A stretch of DNA of 56,796 nt from Chiloscyllium plagiosum. Lineage: Eukaryota. Below the pieces are notes generated by a model, which searched no databases, was not told the origin of the DNA, and saw only the letters and a list, made by a program, of their open reading frames with translations. The position numbers and the translations under genes were made by a program. The stretch covers positions 8,100,902 through 8,157,697 of the forward strand of contig NC_057753.1 of NCBI RefSeq assembly GCF_004010195.1, written 5' to 3'. Within the stretch, counting starts at the first letter, position 1. Each line of letters starts with the position of its first letter. Below, in pieces: positions 38,611-52,304 of this stretch.

Positions 38611-39573
38611 CCAAATAAACCTGTTGGACTATAATCTGGTGTTGTGAGAGTTTCAACTTTGTACAAAACGGTCCAACGGCAGCACCTCTACATCATGACC
38701 CTGAGGGACCTTTTCCCGTGTGCTTGTGCTGTTAGTCACATCCAGGACTGAGCCATGTCCGCTCTGACGGTCCTGAGTTGTGGATGAGTTTTTATATTCT
38801 GCACAAATGTCAAACTAATCGCCCTTTTTTGCGACATTTTCGGAACGTTTGCCTTTCCTGTTTGAACTTTGAGCATTCCCTGGTTGGAGACAGGATACTC
38901 TGGGAAAGGGATGGGTCATGTGCCAGGAGCAGGTCTTTAACCTGAACACAGTCTGTCGGGGTCACACTGAGAGGGATAATTGGGACACATTTCTCTTCCC
39001 GCACAGCTGAGTGCTGCTGATATCAGTCTGGAGGTGTTTAACAAATAGGCCTGAGTCACTCCCTTCCTTGGTTTCCACATGGAGGAACTGGTCTTTTGCC
39101 AATCTGTCTAACCTCAGGAAGTACAATGAATGCAGGAAAATAAGAGGTTGGTTTCAAACGGTGATCTGCTTTCTCACAGCAACCGAAGGGAGTGCAGATG
39201 CTGGAGATGTGGAGCACAGCGATGTGTGGTTCTCATCGATTTTGACTGAAAGGAAAACAGCAGCTTTAGCTTTTCACTCTGCAAACGGCGTTGGATAACT
39301 CTCCAACATTAGTCATTGGGAACAGCAGAGTCATTGGGGACATTTAAGCGACTGCTGGACATGGACATGGATAGCAGTGAGTTGAGGGGTGCTTAGGTTA
39401 AGTTACTATATTTTACATTAGGATTAAATTTCGGCACAGGATCGTTGGCCAAAGGGCCTGTTCTGTGCTATACTTTTCTATGTTCTAACATTTGAACCTG
39501 TTTCCATTACAATCTGAACTTGTTGACCAGAAACACATTTCAAATGCATTCGTTAAAATCTGCATTCGCACTT

Positions 39574-39845
39574 GGGTGGCACGATGGCTCAGTGGTTAGC
39601 ACTGCTGCCTTACAACACCAAGGAGCCAGGTTTGATCCCAGCCTCGAGTGACTGTCCGTGTGGAGCTTGCGTATTTTCCCCAAGTCTGTGTGTGTTTCCT
39701 CCCACAATCCATAGATAAGCAGATTACAGTGGATAGGCCATGCTAAATTTCCCCCTAGTGTTAGGTGCATTGGTCAGGGTGGATTACTTTTAGGAGAGCC
39801 TGTGTGGATTTGCTGGGCCAAATGGCCTGCTTTCAAACTGTAGGC
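39574..39845 (+). mobile_element. HE1/V-SINE-like SINE (diverged)
   Basis: GGGTGGCACGATGGCTCAGTGGTTAGCACTGCTGCC head and core. Confidence 0.85.
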
Positions 39846-40305
39846 AAATGGCGTGTACGCCTGGATCCCAAGGATCCTTTTACAGTGGTGATAGTCTGAT
39901 GAAGAAAGATGTGTATTGCATCTAAGAATTTCCTCTTACATTGATATTGCTTCCCACACACTGTCTTTGAAATACACCTCCCCCTCCTGCTGGGGAGTTA
40001 AAACGATCTGGAATGCATGATGATGTGAAGACGGATTCAATGCGAACTTCCCATTGGAAATTGGAAGGATATTTGAAAAGGGCTTTGGAGACAGACTGAG
40101 GAAGTGGAACAATTGGAGGGCTGTTTCAAACAGCTGCCTGGATGGGCCGAATGGCCATGCCCTCTCTCGAATTCGACTGTTTGAGCAGCATCCCTCACAT
40201 CGATCCAAATGGATGAAATCTCATTCCTGGGGTTGTTGGTTGAGCAAGGAGCGTGTGGAACATTACCAGCAGCCCTGAGAGCCAATGAGAGGATCAAACT
40301 GTAGA

Positions 40306-40805
40306 NNNNNNNNNNNNNNNNNNNNNNNNNNNNNNNNNNNNNNNNNNNNNNNNNNNNNNNNNNNNNNNNNNNNNNNNNNNNNNNNNNNNNNNNNNNNNNN
40401 NNNNNNNNNNNNNNNNNNNNNNNNNNNNNNNNNNNNNNNNNNNNNNNNNNNNNNNNNNNNNNNNNNNNNNNNNNNNNNNNNNNNNNNNNNNNNNNNNNNN
40501 NNNNNNNNNNNNNNNNNNNNNNNNNNNNNNNNNNNNNNNNNNNNNNNNNNNNNNNNNNNNNNNNNNNNNNNNNNNNNNNNNNNNNNNNNNNNNNNNNNNN
40601 NNNNNNNNNNNNNNNNNNNNNNNNNNNNNNNNNNNNNNNNNNNNNNNNNNNNNNNNNNNNNNNNNNNNNNNNNNNNNNNNNNNNNNNNNNNNNNNNNNNN
40701 NNNNNNNNNNNNNNNNNNNNNNNNNNNNNNNNNNNNNNNNNNNNNNNNNNNNNNNNNNNNNNNNNNNNNNNNNNNNNNNNNNNNNNNNNNNNNNNNNNNN
40801 NNNNN
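40306..40805. other. Fixed-size 500-N scaffold gap
   Basis: Exactly 500 N. Other gaps: 10204-10542, 20492-20510, 27524-27751, 35214-35593 and 41093-41155. Confidence 0.95.
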
Positions 40806-40912
40806 CATCCTGGTAAACCTCCTCTGCACCAGTTCCAGTGCCTCCACATCCTTTCTATAGTATGGCGACCAAAACTGCACACAATACTCCAGATGCGGCC
40901 GTACCAGAGTCT

Positions 40913-41740
40913 TATCTAATCTTCAAATACGGATTTACAGGATCTCACATGGATTCATTGTTTCAGTGACTCCTGGCTATGGTCCAGAGTAAGGAAATGT
41001 TGTCAATATACCTGGTGTATAGGATTGGTTGGAGGTCCTTCATACAGAAGATGTCTTGTTCGAACACACACACACACTCTCACACACACACTNNNNNNNN
41101 NNNNNNNNNNNNNNNNNNNNNNNNNNNNNNNNNNNNNNNNNNNNNNNNNNNNNNNCACACACACACACACACACACACACTCTCTGTCTCTCTCTCTCTG
41201 TCTCTCTCTGTCACAGACACCCTTAACGCCCTCACCCCAAACAGATACTAACATTCTCAGACAAGTTTGTGCGGTAGATTTGTACTTGCACAATTACATT
41301 TTACTTTGCTCAAAAACTGCATGAATCCATGTAAGATTCTGTAAATCCCTTTTCTTAGATGAGAATCAGTCTGAACATTGTGGCACAGAAAGACTCACAC
41401 AGGGCAACTCACACCTTCAATGCATTATCTGGGCCAACATGGCATCTGTTGTTAAAGATCATCTGAGAATGTAACTTTTAAAATAATGTTTGGGGATTTA
41501 CATATGAAAGAACTGAAACCAACATGGTCATTCCAAAAGATGAGAGACCTTACAAACAATCCAGGTATTTTTCAATATGTAATTTCAGTTACATCACACC
41601 GTAAAGTTTTGCTATAAATTCTGTATCTTATGATCTTAACTTTCCACAAACACCTGATGAAGGAGCAGCACTCCGAATGCTAGTGCTTCCAAATAAACGT
41701 ATTGACTATAACCTGGTGTTGTGTGACTGTTAACTTTGTA
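40913..41740 (+). mobile_element. Penelope-like remnant, inverted paralog of 37143-38285
   Basis: Reverse complement of the left copy, including the RT remnant LYTRYIDN, the microsatellite and flanking DNA to ~41815. Hammerhead at 41651-41685 has GAAA mutated to GAAT. Confidence 0.78.
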
Positions 41741-42134
41741 TCCCTCTGGGTCGCTCAACATTCTGCCCTGGAACGATATCAGCTGTCCTTTCTTTTCCCA
41801 GGGTGAAGGATTCAACAGAACATAGAACATTACCGCGCAGCACAGGGCCTTCGGCCCTCGATGTTGCGCCGACCAGTCATACCAATCTGAAGCCCATCAA
41901 AGCTACACTATTCCATGTACGTCCATATGCCTGTCCAATGACGACTTAAATGTACTTAACGTTGGCGAATCTACCGTTGCAGGCAAAACATTCTTTACCC
42001 TTACTACTCTCTGAGTGAAGAAACTACCTCTGACATCTGTCCTATATCTATAAACCCTCAATTTAAAGCTATGCCCCCTCGTGCTCACCGTCACCATACT
42101 TGGAAAAAGGCTCTCCCTGTCCACCGAATCTAAC

Positions 42135-42336
42135 TGGAGAAAGTGAGGTCTACAGATGCTGGAGATCAGAGCTGAAAATGTGTTCCTGGAAAAGCGCAGC
42201 AGGTCAGGCAGCATCCAAAGAGCAGGAGAATCGACGTTTCGGGCATGAGCCTTCCTGAAGAAGGGCATGCCCGAAACGTCGATTCTCCTGCTCCTTGGAT
42301 GCTGCCTGACATGCTGCGCTTTTTCAGCAACACATT
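42135..42336. mobile_element. Palindromic Penelope-derived mini-insertion
   Basis: Two inverted terminal fragments joined at ~42252, with a degenerate ~15-bp TSD tccaccgaatctaac/tccaccctatcgaac. Confidence 0.8.
42253..42282 (+). ncRNA. Minimal hammerhead ribozyme motif
   Basis: TC-CTGAAGA-A-GGGC-AT-GCCC-GAAA-CGTC-GA; catalytic core nucleotides are intact. Confidence 0.62.
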
Positions 42337-43661
42337 TCCACCCTATCGAACCCTCTGATTATCTTATATCTTCTAAGTCTCATCTCAACCTTCTTCTCTC
42401 TGACGCAAACAGCCACATGTCCCTCAGCCTTTCCTCATAAGACATTCCTTCCATTCCAGGCAACATCCTAGTTAATCTCCTCTGCACCCTTTCCAAAACT
42501 TCCACATCCTTCTTATAATGCGGTGACTAGAACTGTCCACAATACTCCAAGTGCGGCCGCACCAGAGTTTTGTACAGCTGCAGCATAACCTCATGGTTCC
42601 AGAACTCAGTCACTTTATTAATAAAAGCTAAAGCACTGTATGCCTTCTTAACAACCCTGTCAGCCTGGGTGGCATCTTTCTCTCTGCTCATCTACACTAC
42701 CAAGACTCTTACCATTAGCCCAGTAATTTGCATTCCAGTTACTCCGACCAAAGTGAATCACCTCACACTTGTCCGCGTTCATCTCCATTTGCCACCTCTC
42801 AGCTCAGCTCTGCAGCTTATCTTTGCCTCTCTGTAACGTACAACATCCTTCTTCACTATCCACAACTCCACCGACCTTACTGTCGTCTGCAAAGTTACTA
42901 ACCCACCCTTCTACGCTCTCAGCTTGATCGTTTATAAAAATGACGGACAGCAGTGGACACAAAACCGACTCTTGCGGTACACCACTGGTAGCTGGATTCC
43001 AGGATGAACATTTCCCATCAACCACCACTCTCGGTCTTCTGTCAGCAAGCCAATTACTGATCCAAATTGCTATATCTCCCACAAACTCATTCTTCTGCAT
43101 TTTGTACAATAGCTTTCTGTGAGGAACCGTATCGAAAGCCTTGATAAAATCTATACACACCACACCAACCGGTTTACTCTCATCTACCTGTTTGGTCACC
43201 TTCTCAAAGAACTCAATAAGGTTTGTGTGGCACGACCTACCCTTCACAAAACCGTGCTGGCTCACCCTAATCAAATTATTCTTTTCTAGATGATTATAAA
43301 TTCTATCTCTTATAACCTTTTCCAACATTTTACCAACAACTGAAGAAAGGCTCACTGGTCTATAATTACCTGGGTTGTCGCTACTCCCCTTCTTGAACAG
43401 GGGAACCTCATTTGCTATCCTCTCGTCTCCTGGCACTATTCCTGTCGGCAATGACCATTTAAAGATCAATGCCACAGGCTCGGCAATCTCCTCCCTGGCT
43501 TCCCAGAGTATCCTAGGATAAATCCCATCCGGCCCAGGAGTGTTATCTATTTTCACACTCTTCTGGATTTCTAATACCTCTCCTTGTGAACCTCAATCCC
43601 ACCTAGTCTAGTAGCCTGTACCTCAGAGTGTAGGTTTGCTCGCTGAGCTGTAGGTTTGAGA

Positions 43662-43703
43662 TCCAGACATTTCGTTACCTGGCTAGGTAACATCATCAGT
43701 GGA
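43662..43703 (-). ncRNA. Minimal hammerhead ribozyme motif in Penelope terminal repeat
   Basis: TCCA-CTGATGA-T-GTTACC-TAGCCA-GGTAAC-GAAA-TGTC-TGGA. Confidence 0.68.
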
Positions 43704-46700
43704 GACCTCCAAGTGAAGCGAAGCTGTTGTCTCCTGCTTTCTATTTATATCTTTCTCCTGGATGGGGCTCCTGGGGTTTGTGGTGATGTCATTTCCTGTT
43801 CGTTTTCTATGGGGTTGATAGATGGCATCTAGATCTATGTGTTTGTTTATGGCGTTGTGGTTGGAGTGCCAGGCCTCAAGGAATTCTCTGGCATGCCTTT
43901 GCTTAGCCTGTCCCAGGATAGATGTGTTGTCCCAGTCGAAATGATTTTTTTTTCATCTGTGCGTAGGGCTAGGAGGGAGAGAGGGTCGTGTCTTTTTGTT
44001 GCTAGTTGGTGTTCGTGTATCCTGGTGGCTTAACTTTCTTACTATTGGTCCTACGTAGTGTTTGTCGCAGTCCTTGCATGGAATTTTGTAAATGACGTTG
44101 GTTTTGTCCATGGGTTGTACTGGGTTTTTTAAGTTTGTTGGTTTTTGTTTGAGAGTGTTGGTGGGTTTGTGTGCTACTAGGATTCCGAGGGGTCTTAGCA
44201 GGCTGGCTGTCATATCTGAAACATCTTTGATGTATGGTAAGGTGGTTAGGGTTTCAGGCTGTGTTTGGTCTGCTTGTCGTGGTTTGTTCTTGAGGAATCT
44301 GCGCAGTGTATGTTTGAGTATCTGTTCTTCTCGAATACGTTGTATAGGTATTTCTCCTCTGCTTTCCGAAGTTCGTCTGTGCTGCAGTGTGGTGGCTCGT
44401 TGGAATAGTGGCATTCCTTTCCCATTTTCGGGCAAGCTTGATGGTTGGTAGGGCTGTTAGTTCTAGTCTTTGCATTACTGCTTCTGCTATGAATCCTGAT
44501 AGCGGAGATCCCATGGTGTGCCGTTGGTTTGTTTGTAGACTATGTTGTTGAAAGTGAAGTGGGCGGTGAGGCCCAGGTCCACTAGCTTCATAATGTTTTC
44601 GTTGGTAATGTGATTGATGGTGGTTGGTGTGTGTGTGATGATGCTACCTAGCCAGGTAATGAAACACCTGGGTATCAAACCTACAGGTCAGGGAGCAAAC
44701 CTACCCCTTAACCTCAACCTAGCTACAAACCTTCACAAACCTTGTAAAAACCTATGGGCGCAACACGCTACAACTTGCCCGAAGATGGGAAAGGAATGCC
44801 ATCCGAGAGTGTTCCATGCTCGAACAGCTGTACTTCCTGCAATAATGTTTAAGAAAACAGTTACTGCCAAAATGTCTCCAATATAAACGCCGATAAAAAC
44901 ATCTCACCCAGAAGTTTAACAGAACCAAACGCCGCAGAATGCTCCGAGAACTAATCAATGACGCCCACCACAGACTCCGAAAATACAACCGGGAAATTGC
45001 GCGCCAAAAACCGTTATTCAAACAAGCAACAAATCAAGAATGGACAGAGGCGGTAGAACGTGCCATAAACACCAAACAACGACAAAAACAGATAAAGAAA
45101 AATCGGGACATGAAGAAAAAACTTGACAAACTCACAAAAAAAAACTGATAACACAGGGGCATGGATAAAGAATTTATCAGACCGGACCCCATCAGACACA
45201 GAAAAAGCGGTACTAGTCAAAGGATTAAATTTCAATTATCGAGACGCTGACAAGAAGCATTTCCTAGCGGCTTTAGAAACCACATTGAAGGACAAAATTC
45301 TCACGGAAGAAACACAACAAACGATCAGACAGACAGTTGCAAATACTCTGAGCCGAAAGAGGGAAGGAAACAAACTGAGCACAAAAGAAAAGAAAACTCT
45401 AGAAAACCTCAAAAAGACAAAAACATCGTTGTATTATCTGCAGACAAAGGTCGGCTCACAGTCATCCTGAACAGAAGGGACGACAAAGAGAAAGCCAATG
45501 CACTACTACTCGCAGACTCCAACGCCTACCAAGAGGTGGCGCTAGACCCGACCCCACAACTTAGAAACAAAATTACATATCTCTAAGAAAATTACACAAT
45601 TCCGGACAAACTTTTAAAACCAAACGGTCTTACCTTCGCTGCTGCTCGCACTGGACATCGTTGTATTATCTGCAGACAAAGGTCGGCTCACAGTTATCCT
45701 GAACAGAAGGGACGACAAAGAGAAAGCCAATGTACGACTACTCGCAGACTCCAACGCCTACCAAGAGGGGGCGCTAGACCCGACCCCACAACTTGGAAAC
45801 AAAATTACATATCTCTAAGAAAATTACACAATTCCGGACAATGAAACCAGACAGGACCAACACCCCACGATTCTACGGACTACCAAAAATCCATAAACCA
45901 GGAGCCCCCCTCAGACCCATAGTCGCACTACCCGAAACACCAACTTACAGACTGGCCAAAGAACTACACGCAAGATTGAAATACCTAGTAGAAGAGTCAC
46001 AGAACTCCATCCACTCCACCCAGGAATTCCTAAAAATCATCAAAAACACCAAAATAGAGGAAGACGAAGCAATGATCTCATTCGACGTAACAGCACTGTT
46101 CACCTCCATCAACATCGACCTGGCAAAGGAAACACTCACCTTACTTTTAGAAGAGACCATCACACACACACCAACCACCATCAATCACATTTCCAACGAA
46201 AACATCATGAAGCTAGTGCACCTGTGCCTCACCACCCACTTCAATTTCTACAACATGGCCTACAAACAAATCAACGGCACACCCATGGGATCTCCGCTAT
46301 CAGGATTCATAGCAGAATCAGTAATGCAAAGACTAGAACAAACAGCCCTACCAACCATCAAACCAAAAATCTGGATCCGCTACGTAGATGACACATTTGT
46401 CATCACAAAACGCAACAAGATAGAAGAGACATTTAACATGATCACTAACATCCTCCAGGCATAAAGTTCACCAAGGAGGAAGAAGCCGACAAAAACTCGC
46501 ATTCCTGGACGTCACAGTCGAAAGAAAGGACAATGGAGAACTACAAACCTGCGTATACAGAAAACCGACAAATACTGACCAAATACTTAACTACACCAGT
46601 AAACATCCCAACACACACAAACAAAGCTGTATGAGAACACTATTCTAACGAGCCACCACACACTATAGCACAGACGAACTTCGGAAAACAGAGGAGAAAC

Positions 46701-47197
46701 GCCTATACAACGTATTCAAGAAGAACGGATACTCGAAAAATACAGTGCGCAGATTCCTCAAGAACAAGCCACGACAAGCAGACCAAACACAGCCAGAAAC
46801 CCTAACCACCTTACCATACATCAAAGAAGTTTCGGAAATGACAGCCAGACCACTAAGACCCCTCGGAAACCTCGTAGCACACAAACCCACCAACACTCTC
46901 AAACAAAAACTAACAAACTTAAAAGACTCAGTATAACCCATGGACAAAACCAACACCATTTCGACTGGGAAAACACATCTATCCTGGGACAGGCGAAGCA
47001 AAGACATGTCAGAGAATTCCTGGAGGCCTGGCACTCCAACCACAACGCCATAAACAAACACATAGGTCTAGATGCCATCTATCAACCCCATAGTAAACGA
47101 ACAGGAAATGACATCACCACAAACCCCAGGAACCCCATCCAGGAGAAAGATATAAATAGAAAGCAGGAGACAACAGCTTCGCTTCACTTGGAGGTCG

Positions 47198-47237
47198 CCA
47201 CTGATGATGTTACCTCGCCAGGTAATGAATCGTCTGG
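47198..47237 (+). ncRNA. Decayed minimal hammerhead motif in Penelope terminal repeat
   Basis: CCA-CTGATGA-T-GTTACC-TCGCCA-GGTAAT-GAAT-CGTC-TGG (GAAA mutated to GAAT). Confidence 0.55.
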
Positions 47238-48529
47238 GTATCTAACCTGCAGCTCAGCGAGCAAACCTACACCATAAACCTCAACCTGAGCTACAAACCT
47301 TCACAAACCTTGCAATTCCCTCTGACTGTTAGGGGGTCTATAATACAATCCCAATAAGGTTATCATCCCTTTCTTATTTCTCAGTTGCACCCAAATAACT
47401 TCCCTGCATGTATTTCCAGAAATATCCTCCCCCAGCAGAGCTGTCATGCTATCTCTTATCAAAATGGCACTCCTTCCCGTTTCTTGCCTCCATTTCTATC
47501 CTTCCTGTAGCATTTGCATCCTGGAACATTAAGCTGCCAGTCTTGCCCATTCCTGAGCCATGTTTCTGCAATTGCTATGATGCCCCAGTCCCATGTTCCT
47601 GACCATGCCCTGAGTTCATCTGCCTTCCCTGTTAGTAGTTTAAATCATCCCGTGCAGCTCTAGCAAATTTCCTTGCCAGTTTATTAGTACCCTTCCAACT
47701 TTGGTTCAATCCGTCCTTCTTGTGCAGGTCACTTCTACCCCAAAACAGATTCCAATGATCCGTAAATGTGAAGTTTTCACCCATACACCAGCTCCTCAGC
47801 CATGCATTCATCTGCTCTATCCTCCTATTCCTTCCCTCACTAGCTCGTAGCAATGGGAGGAATTCAGATATTACTACTCCCGAGGATCTCCTTTTTAAAT
47901 TCCTGCCTAATCTGTGTAATCTCCCTTCAGAATTTGAACCTTTTCCCTTCATATGTCCTTGTTTCCTATGTGAACAATGACCTCTTGCTGGTCCCTCTCC
48001 CCCGTGAGAACATCTTGCGTCCTCTCTCAGACATCGTTGATCCTGACACCAGATAAGCAACGCACCAGATAAGCAGCACACCATTCTGCTTTTTCGCTGC
48101 TGGCTACGGAAACGTCTGTGTGTACTTTGGACTGGAAAATCCCCAAACACAATTGATCTCTTGGAATCCGACGTACCCCATTACATTAGCGTCAGTCTCA
48201 ATAATAGAAACTTGGCTGTTCGTGCTGCGTTCTCCTGAGAATCCACCACCCCCTACATTTTCCAATACAACAAACCTGTTTGAAATGGGTATATCCACAA
48301 AAGACTCCTGTACTAGCTGCCTCTCTCTCTTACATTTCCTGGAGTTAACCCATCTATGTGACTGTATCTGAGACTTTCCCCCTTCCTTTAACTGCCATCC
48401 ATCACACACTGTTGCTGTTGCAAATTCATCATTGCTTCTAACAGTCTCTCCAACCGATCAATTCAATCTGATAAGATTCACAGCCAATCGCATTTATCGC
48501 AGATATAATCTGCAAGAAATAGATATTAG

Positions 48530-51500
48530 ACGATAGACATTAGTCAATAGCTGCAGGAGTTGGCCATTCTGCCCTTCGAGCCAGCACCACCATTCATTAT
48601 GATCATGGCTGATCATCCTCAATCAGTATCCTGTTCCTGCCTTATCTCTATAACCCTTGATTCCGCTATCCTTAAGAGCTCTATCCAACTCTTTCTTGAA
48701 ATTATCCAGAGAGTTGGCCTCCACAGCCTTCTGGCGCAGAGCATTCCACACACTCACCACTCTCTGGATGAAGAACATAGAACATATAGCATAGAACAGT
48801 ACAGCACAGAACAGGCCCTTCAGCCCACGATGTTGTGCCGACCACTTATCCTCATGTGTGCACCCTCAAATTTCTGTGACCGTATGCATGTCGAGGTGTC
48901 TCTTAAATGTCTCCTCCAGTCCAGGCAGCATCCTGGTAAACCTCCTCTGAACCCGCTCCAAAGTATCCACATCTTTCTTATAATAGGGCAACCAGTACTG
49001 GACGCAGTATTCCAAGTGCGGTCTAACCAAAGTTTTATCGAGCTGCAACAAGATCTCACAACTCTTAAACTCAATATCACTGTTAATGAAAGCCAAAACA
49101 CCATATGTTTTCTTAACAACCCTGTCCACTTGGGTGGCCATTTTAAGGGATGTATGTACTTGCACCCCAAGATCCCGCTGCTCCTCCACACTACCAAGAT
49201 TCATATCCTTAATCCTGTACTCAGCTTTCAAATTCGGCCTGCCAAAATGCATCACTTCGCATTTATCCAGGTTGAACTCCATCTGCCAACTCTCAGCCCA
49301 TCTCTGCATACCGTCAATGTCCCGCTGCAGCCTACAACAGCCCTCTATACTGTTAACGACAACTCCAACCTTTGTGTCATCTGCAAACGTGCTGACCCAT
49401 CCTTCAAGCCCCTCATCCAATTCATTAATAAAAATTACAAACAATAGAGGCCCAAGGAAAGAACCCTGTGGAACACCACTCACCACAGACTTCCAGGCAG
49501 AATATTTTCCTTCTACTACCACTCGCTGTCTTCTGCTGGTCAGCCAACTCTGTATCCAGACAGCTATGTTCCCCAGAATCCCATTCCCCCTGAACTTCGG
49601 AATGAGCCTACCATGGGGATCCTTATCAAAAGCCTTGCTGAAGTCCATTTTCCCCACACCCACAGCTCCACCCTCACCAACTTTTCCAGTCATATCCTCA
49701 AAGAACTCGATAAGGTTTGTGAGGCATGACCTGCCCCTCACAAAGCCGTGTTGACTGCATTTTATCAAGCCATGCTCTTCCAGATGGTCATAAATCCTAT
49801 CCCTCAGAATCGTTTCTAACACCTTGCAGACGACAGACGTGAGACCTACTGGTCTGTAATTGCCGGGGATATCGCTATTTCCTTTCTTGAACAGAGGAAT
49901 TACATTTGCCTCTCTCCAGTCCTCAGGTACGACTCCAGTGGATAGGGAGGATGAAAACATCTTCGCAAGTGGCGAAGCAATTGAATTTCTCGTTTCCCAA
50001 AGCAGCCGAGGACATATCTGGTCCGGGCCTGGCGACTTGTCAATCTTAATGTTTGACAAAATGTTCAGCACATCAGCTTCCTCTATCTCTATCCATTCCA
50101 GCATGCACATTTCTGTTCAAAGGTTTCAGTCACTACAAAGTTCGTTTCTTACGTAAAGACAGAAGCAAGAAACTCATTTAGGGCTTTCTCTACCTCCTCA
50201 GACTCCACACACAAATTCCCTATGCTCTCCAGAATCGGCCCTACTCTTTCTTTGACCATTCTCTTATTCCTCAGGTAATTATAAAATGATTTTGTGTTCT
50301 CCCTAATCCGTTCTGCCAAGCCTTTCTCATGCCCCCTCCTGACTCTCCTCAGACCATTTTAAAGCTCCTTCCTCGCCTGCCTGTAATCCTGTAGAGCTGA
50401 GCTTGACACTAGCTTCCTCCACCTTATGTAAGCTACCTTTTTCATTTTGACAAGAAGCTCCACTGCTCTTGTCATCCAAGGTTCTTTTATCTTACCACTT
50501 CTTGCCTGTCTCAGAGGGACATATTTATTCCTCACTTGCAACAACTGTTCCTTAAACAGTCTCCACATGTCTATAGTAACTTTACCATGGAACAATTTCT
50601 CCCAATCCATGCTTCTTAACTCATGTCTAATCGCATCATAGTTTCCTCTTCCCCAATTAAATATCCTCCCATTCGCCAGAGCTATGTAGAATGTGAGGCA
50701 GTTGTGGTCACTATCACCGAAATGCTCTCCCACCACCAGATCGGAAACCTGCCCTGGCTCGTTTCCGAGCACTCAGTCTAGAATGGCCTCTCCCCTCGTC
50801 GGCCTGTCAACGTACTGAGTTGGGAACACACCTAACAAAAGCAGCTCCATTCAAATCTTCTGCTCGAAGGAAGTTCCAATCAATATTGGGAAAGTTAAAG
50901 TCACCCATTACAACAACCCTACTACATCCACACTTCCAAAATCTGCCAACCTATGCTTTCTTCCCTCTCCCTGCTGCTGTTGGGGGGCCTTTCGTAAACC
51001 CTTAAAGAGTGACTGCTCCCTTGCTGTTCCTAATTTCCACCCATACTGACTCGGTAGGCAGATCTTCCTCGACAATGGAAGCTTCTGTAGCTGTGATACT
51101 CTCTCTGATTAGTAGTGCTACACCCCTCCTCTTTTTCGTCCCTCCCTATTCTTTTTAAATGGTCTAAACCCTGGAACATCCAGCAAACCCTGAGAAACCC
51201 ATGTCTCTGTTATGGCCACAACATCATAGCACCAGGTACTGATTCATGCTCTAAGTTCGTCACTTTTATTCCTGATACTCCTTGCGTTAAAGCAAACACA
51301 CTTTAACTGATATCTTGGTTCCTTGCCAGGAAACCCTTCCCACTAGCTGGTCTGCCTCTTGCTATTGCCTCATCTGCATCAACCCTCACCTCCGGTATAC
51401 AGCTCAGGTTCTCACCCCCCTGCCATACTAGTTTAAACCCTCTCCTCAAGAATCTTCTCCTCAACTCTGTTCTAAATGGCCTACCCCTTAGTTTTAAACT

Positions 51501-51820
51501 GTGTCCTCTGATTCGGGACTCACCCATCAGCGGAAACATGCTTCCTTCCTCAAGTGTGTCCAATCCTTTAATAATCTTATACATCTCAATCAGATCCTCT
51601 CTCAGTCTTCTAAATTCAAGGGTATACAAGCCAAGTCGCTTCAATCTTTCAACGTAAGATAGTCCCGACATTCCTGTAATTGACCTCGTGAAACTACGCT
51701 GCACTCCCTCAATAGTCAGAATGTCTTTCCTCAAATTTGGAGACTCAAACTTCACAAATATTCCAGGTGCGGTCTCACCAGGGCCCTGTACAGCTTCAGA
51801 AGAGCCTCTTTGCTTCTATA
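48530..51820 (-). mobile_element. CR1 3' fragment (pieces 48530-48770 and 51445-51820) split by a further CR1
   Basis: ORF 51303-51755 reads EGVQRSFTRSITGMSGLSY...RGHSLKLRG; same family as 35881-36518. Confidence 0.8.
48771..51445 (-). mobile_element. CR1 LINE ORF2 (endonuclease + RT), innermost nested copy
   Basis: 414-aa RT ORF 48866-50110 (DFSKAFD, GVPQGS, FADD) and GDSDHN; same family as 8704-11368. Confidence 0.92.
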
Positions 51821-52304
51821 TTATATTGTTCCTCTACAAACACTGCCCGAGTTTAAATTAATAGTTATGGCTTATATTTTAAGGTAAATCAAGAGACATA
51901 TCTCAAAAAAAAACTCCAAGAAAGAACCCACTCTACTCACTTCTGCAGATTCTCTGTAGGCCACACTTAAACCAACGATTAGCTAATCTGATTCTGTGCT
52001 GTGAAATTCGCCCAACAGTTCCTTCATGATCAGTTGTGAATTTCACTGTTTGTTAATTTTCCAAGATGCACTCCGATGTCCAGCGATACTTGAATTCAAA
52101 CATCAAAGGAAGTAACTGTACAGGTTCTCTCTGTCTCTCTCTTCTGCACTGACCTCACCATGTGCTTCCTTTGTCTGTTCTTCTCCACTTTAAAACTGCT
52201 GTTGTTTTGAATTTTTTTCCAAAGTTGCAATACAATACAACAGCATATAAAACAGTAATTGCTAATCCTAGAATTCGAGGAAATCACCTCCAGCTCCTAA
52301 AATA

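Larger units (their letters stand above)
37143..38697. mobile_element. Penelope-like (Neptune-type) remnant with inverted termini
   Basis: 37143-37560 and 38255-38666 are inverted copies, each with a hammerhead motif. An RT catalytic remnant [20 protein letters not shown] lies at 38147-38255. Confidence 0.75.
41816..43626 (-). mobile_element. CR1 LINE RT/3' fragment
   Basis: ORF 42804-43556 (PGPDGI, NYRPVSL, QHGFVKGRSC, FADD) and a CATAGAA tail. Confidence 0.9.
43627..47313 (+). mobile_element. Penelope-like retroelement (RT + GIY-YIG) with inverted partial copy
   Basis: RT ORF 45793-46464 (FYGLPKIHK, PLRPIV, SFDVTALFTSI, GTPMGSPLS, RYVDD). GIY-YIG VIYKIPCKDCDKHYVG lies on the inverted copy 43627-44640. 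Terminal repeats occur at 44636-44745 and 47200-47313. Frameshifted. Confidence 0.92.

Noticed and set aside
48866..50110. Active or domesticated reverse transcriptase
   Set aside because: The element has upstream frameshifts and internal deletions and is an ordinary CR1 relic.
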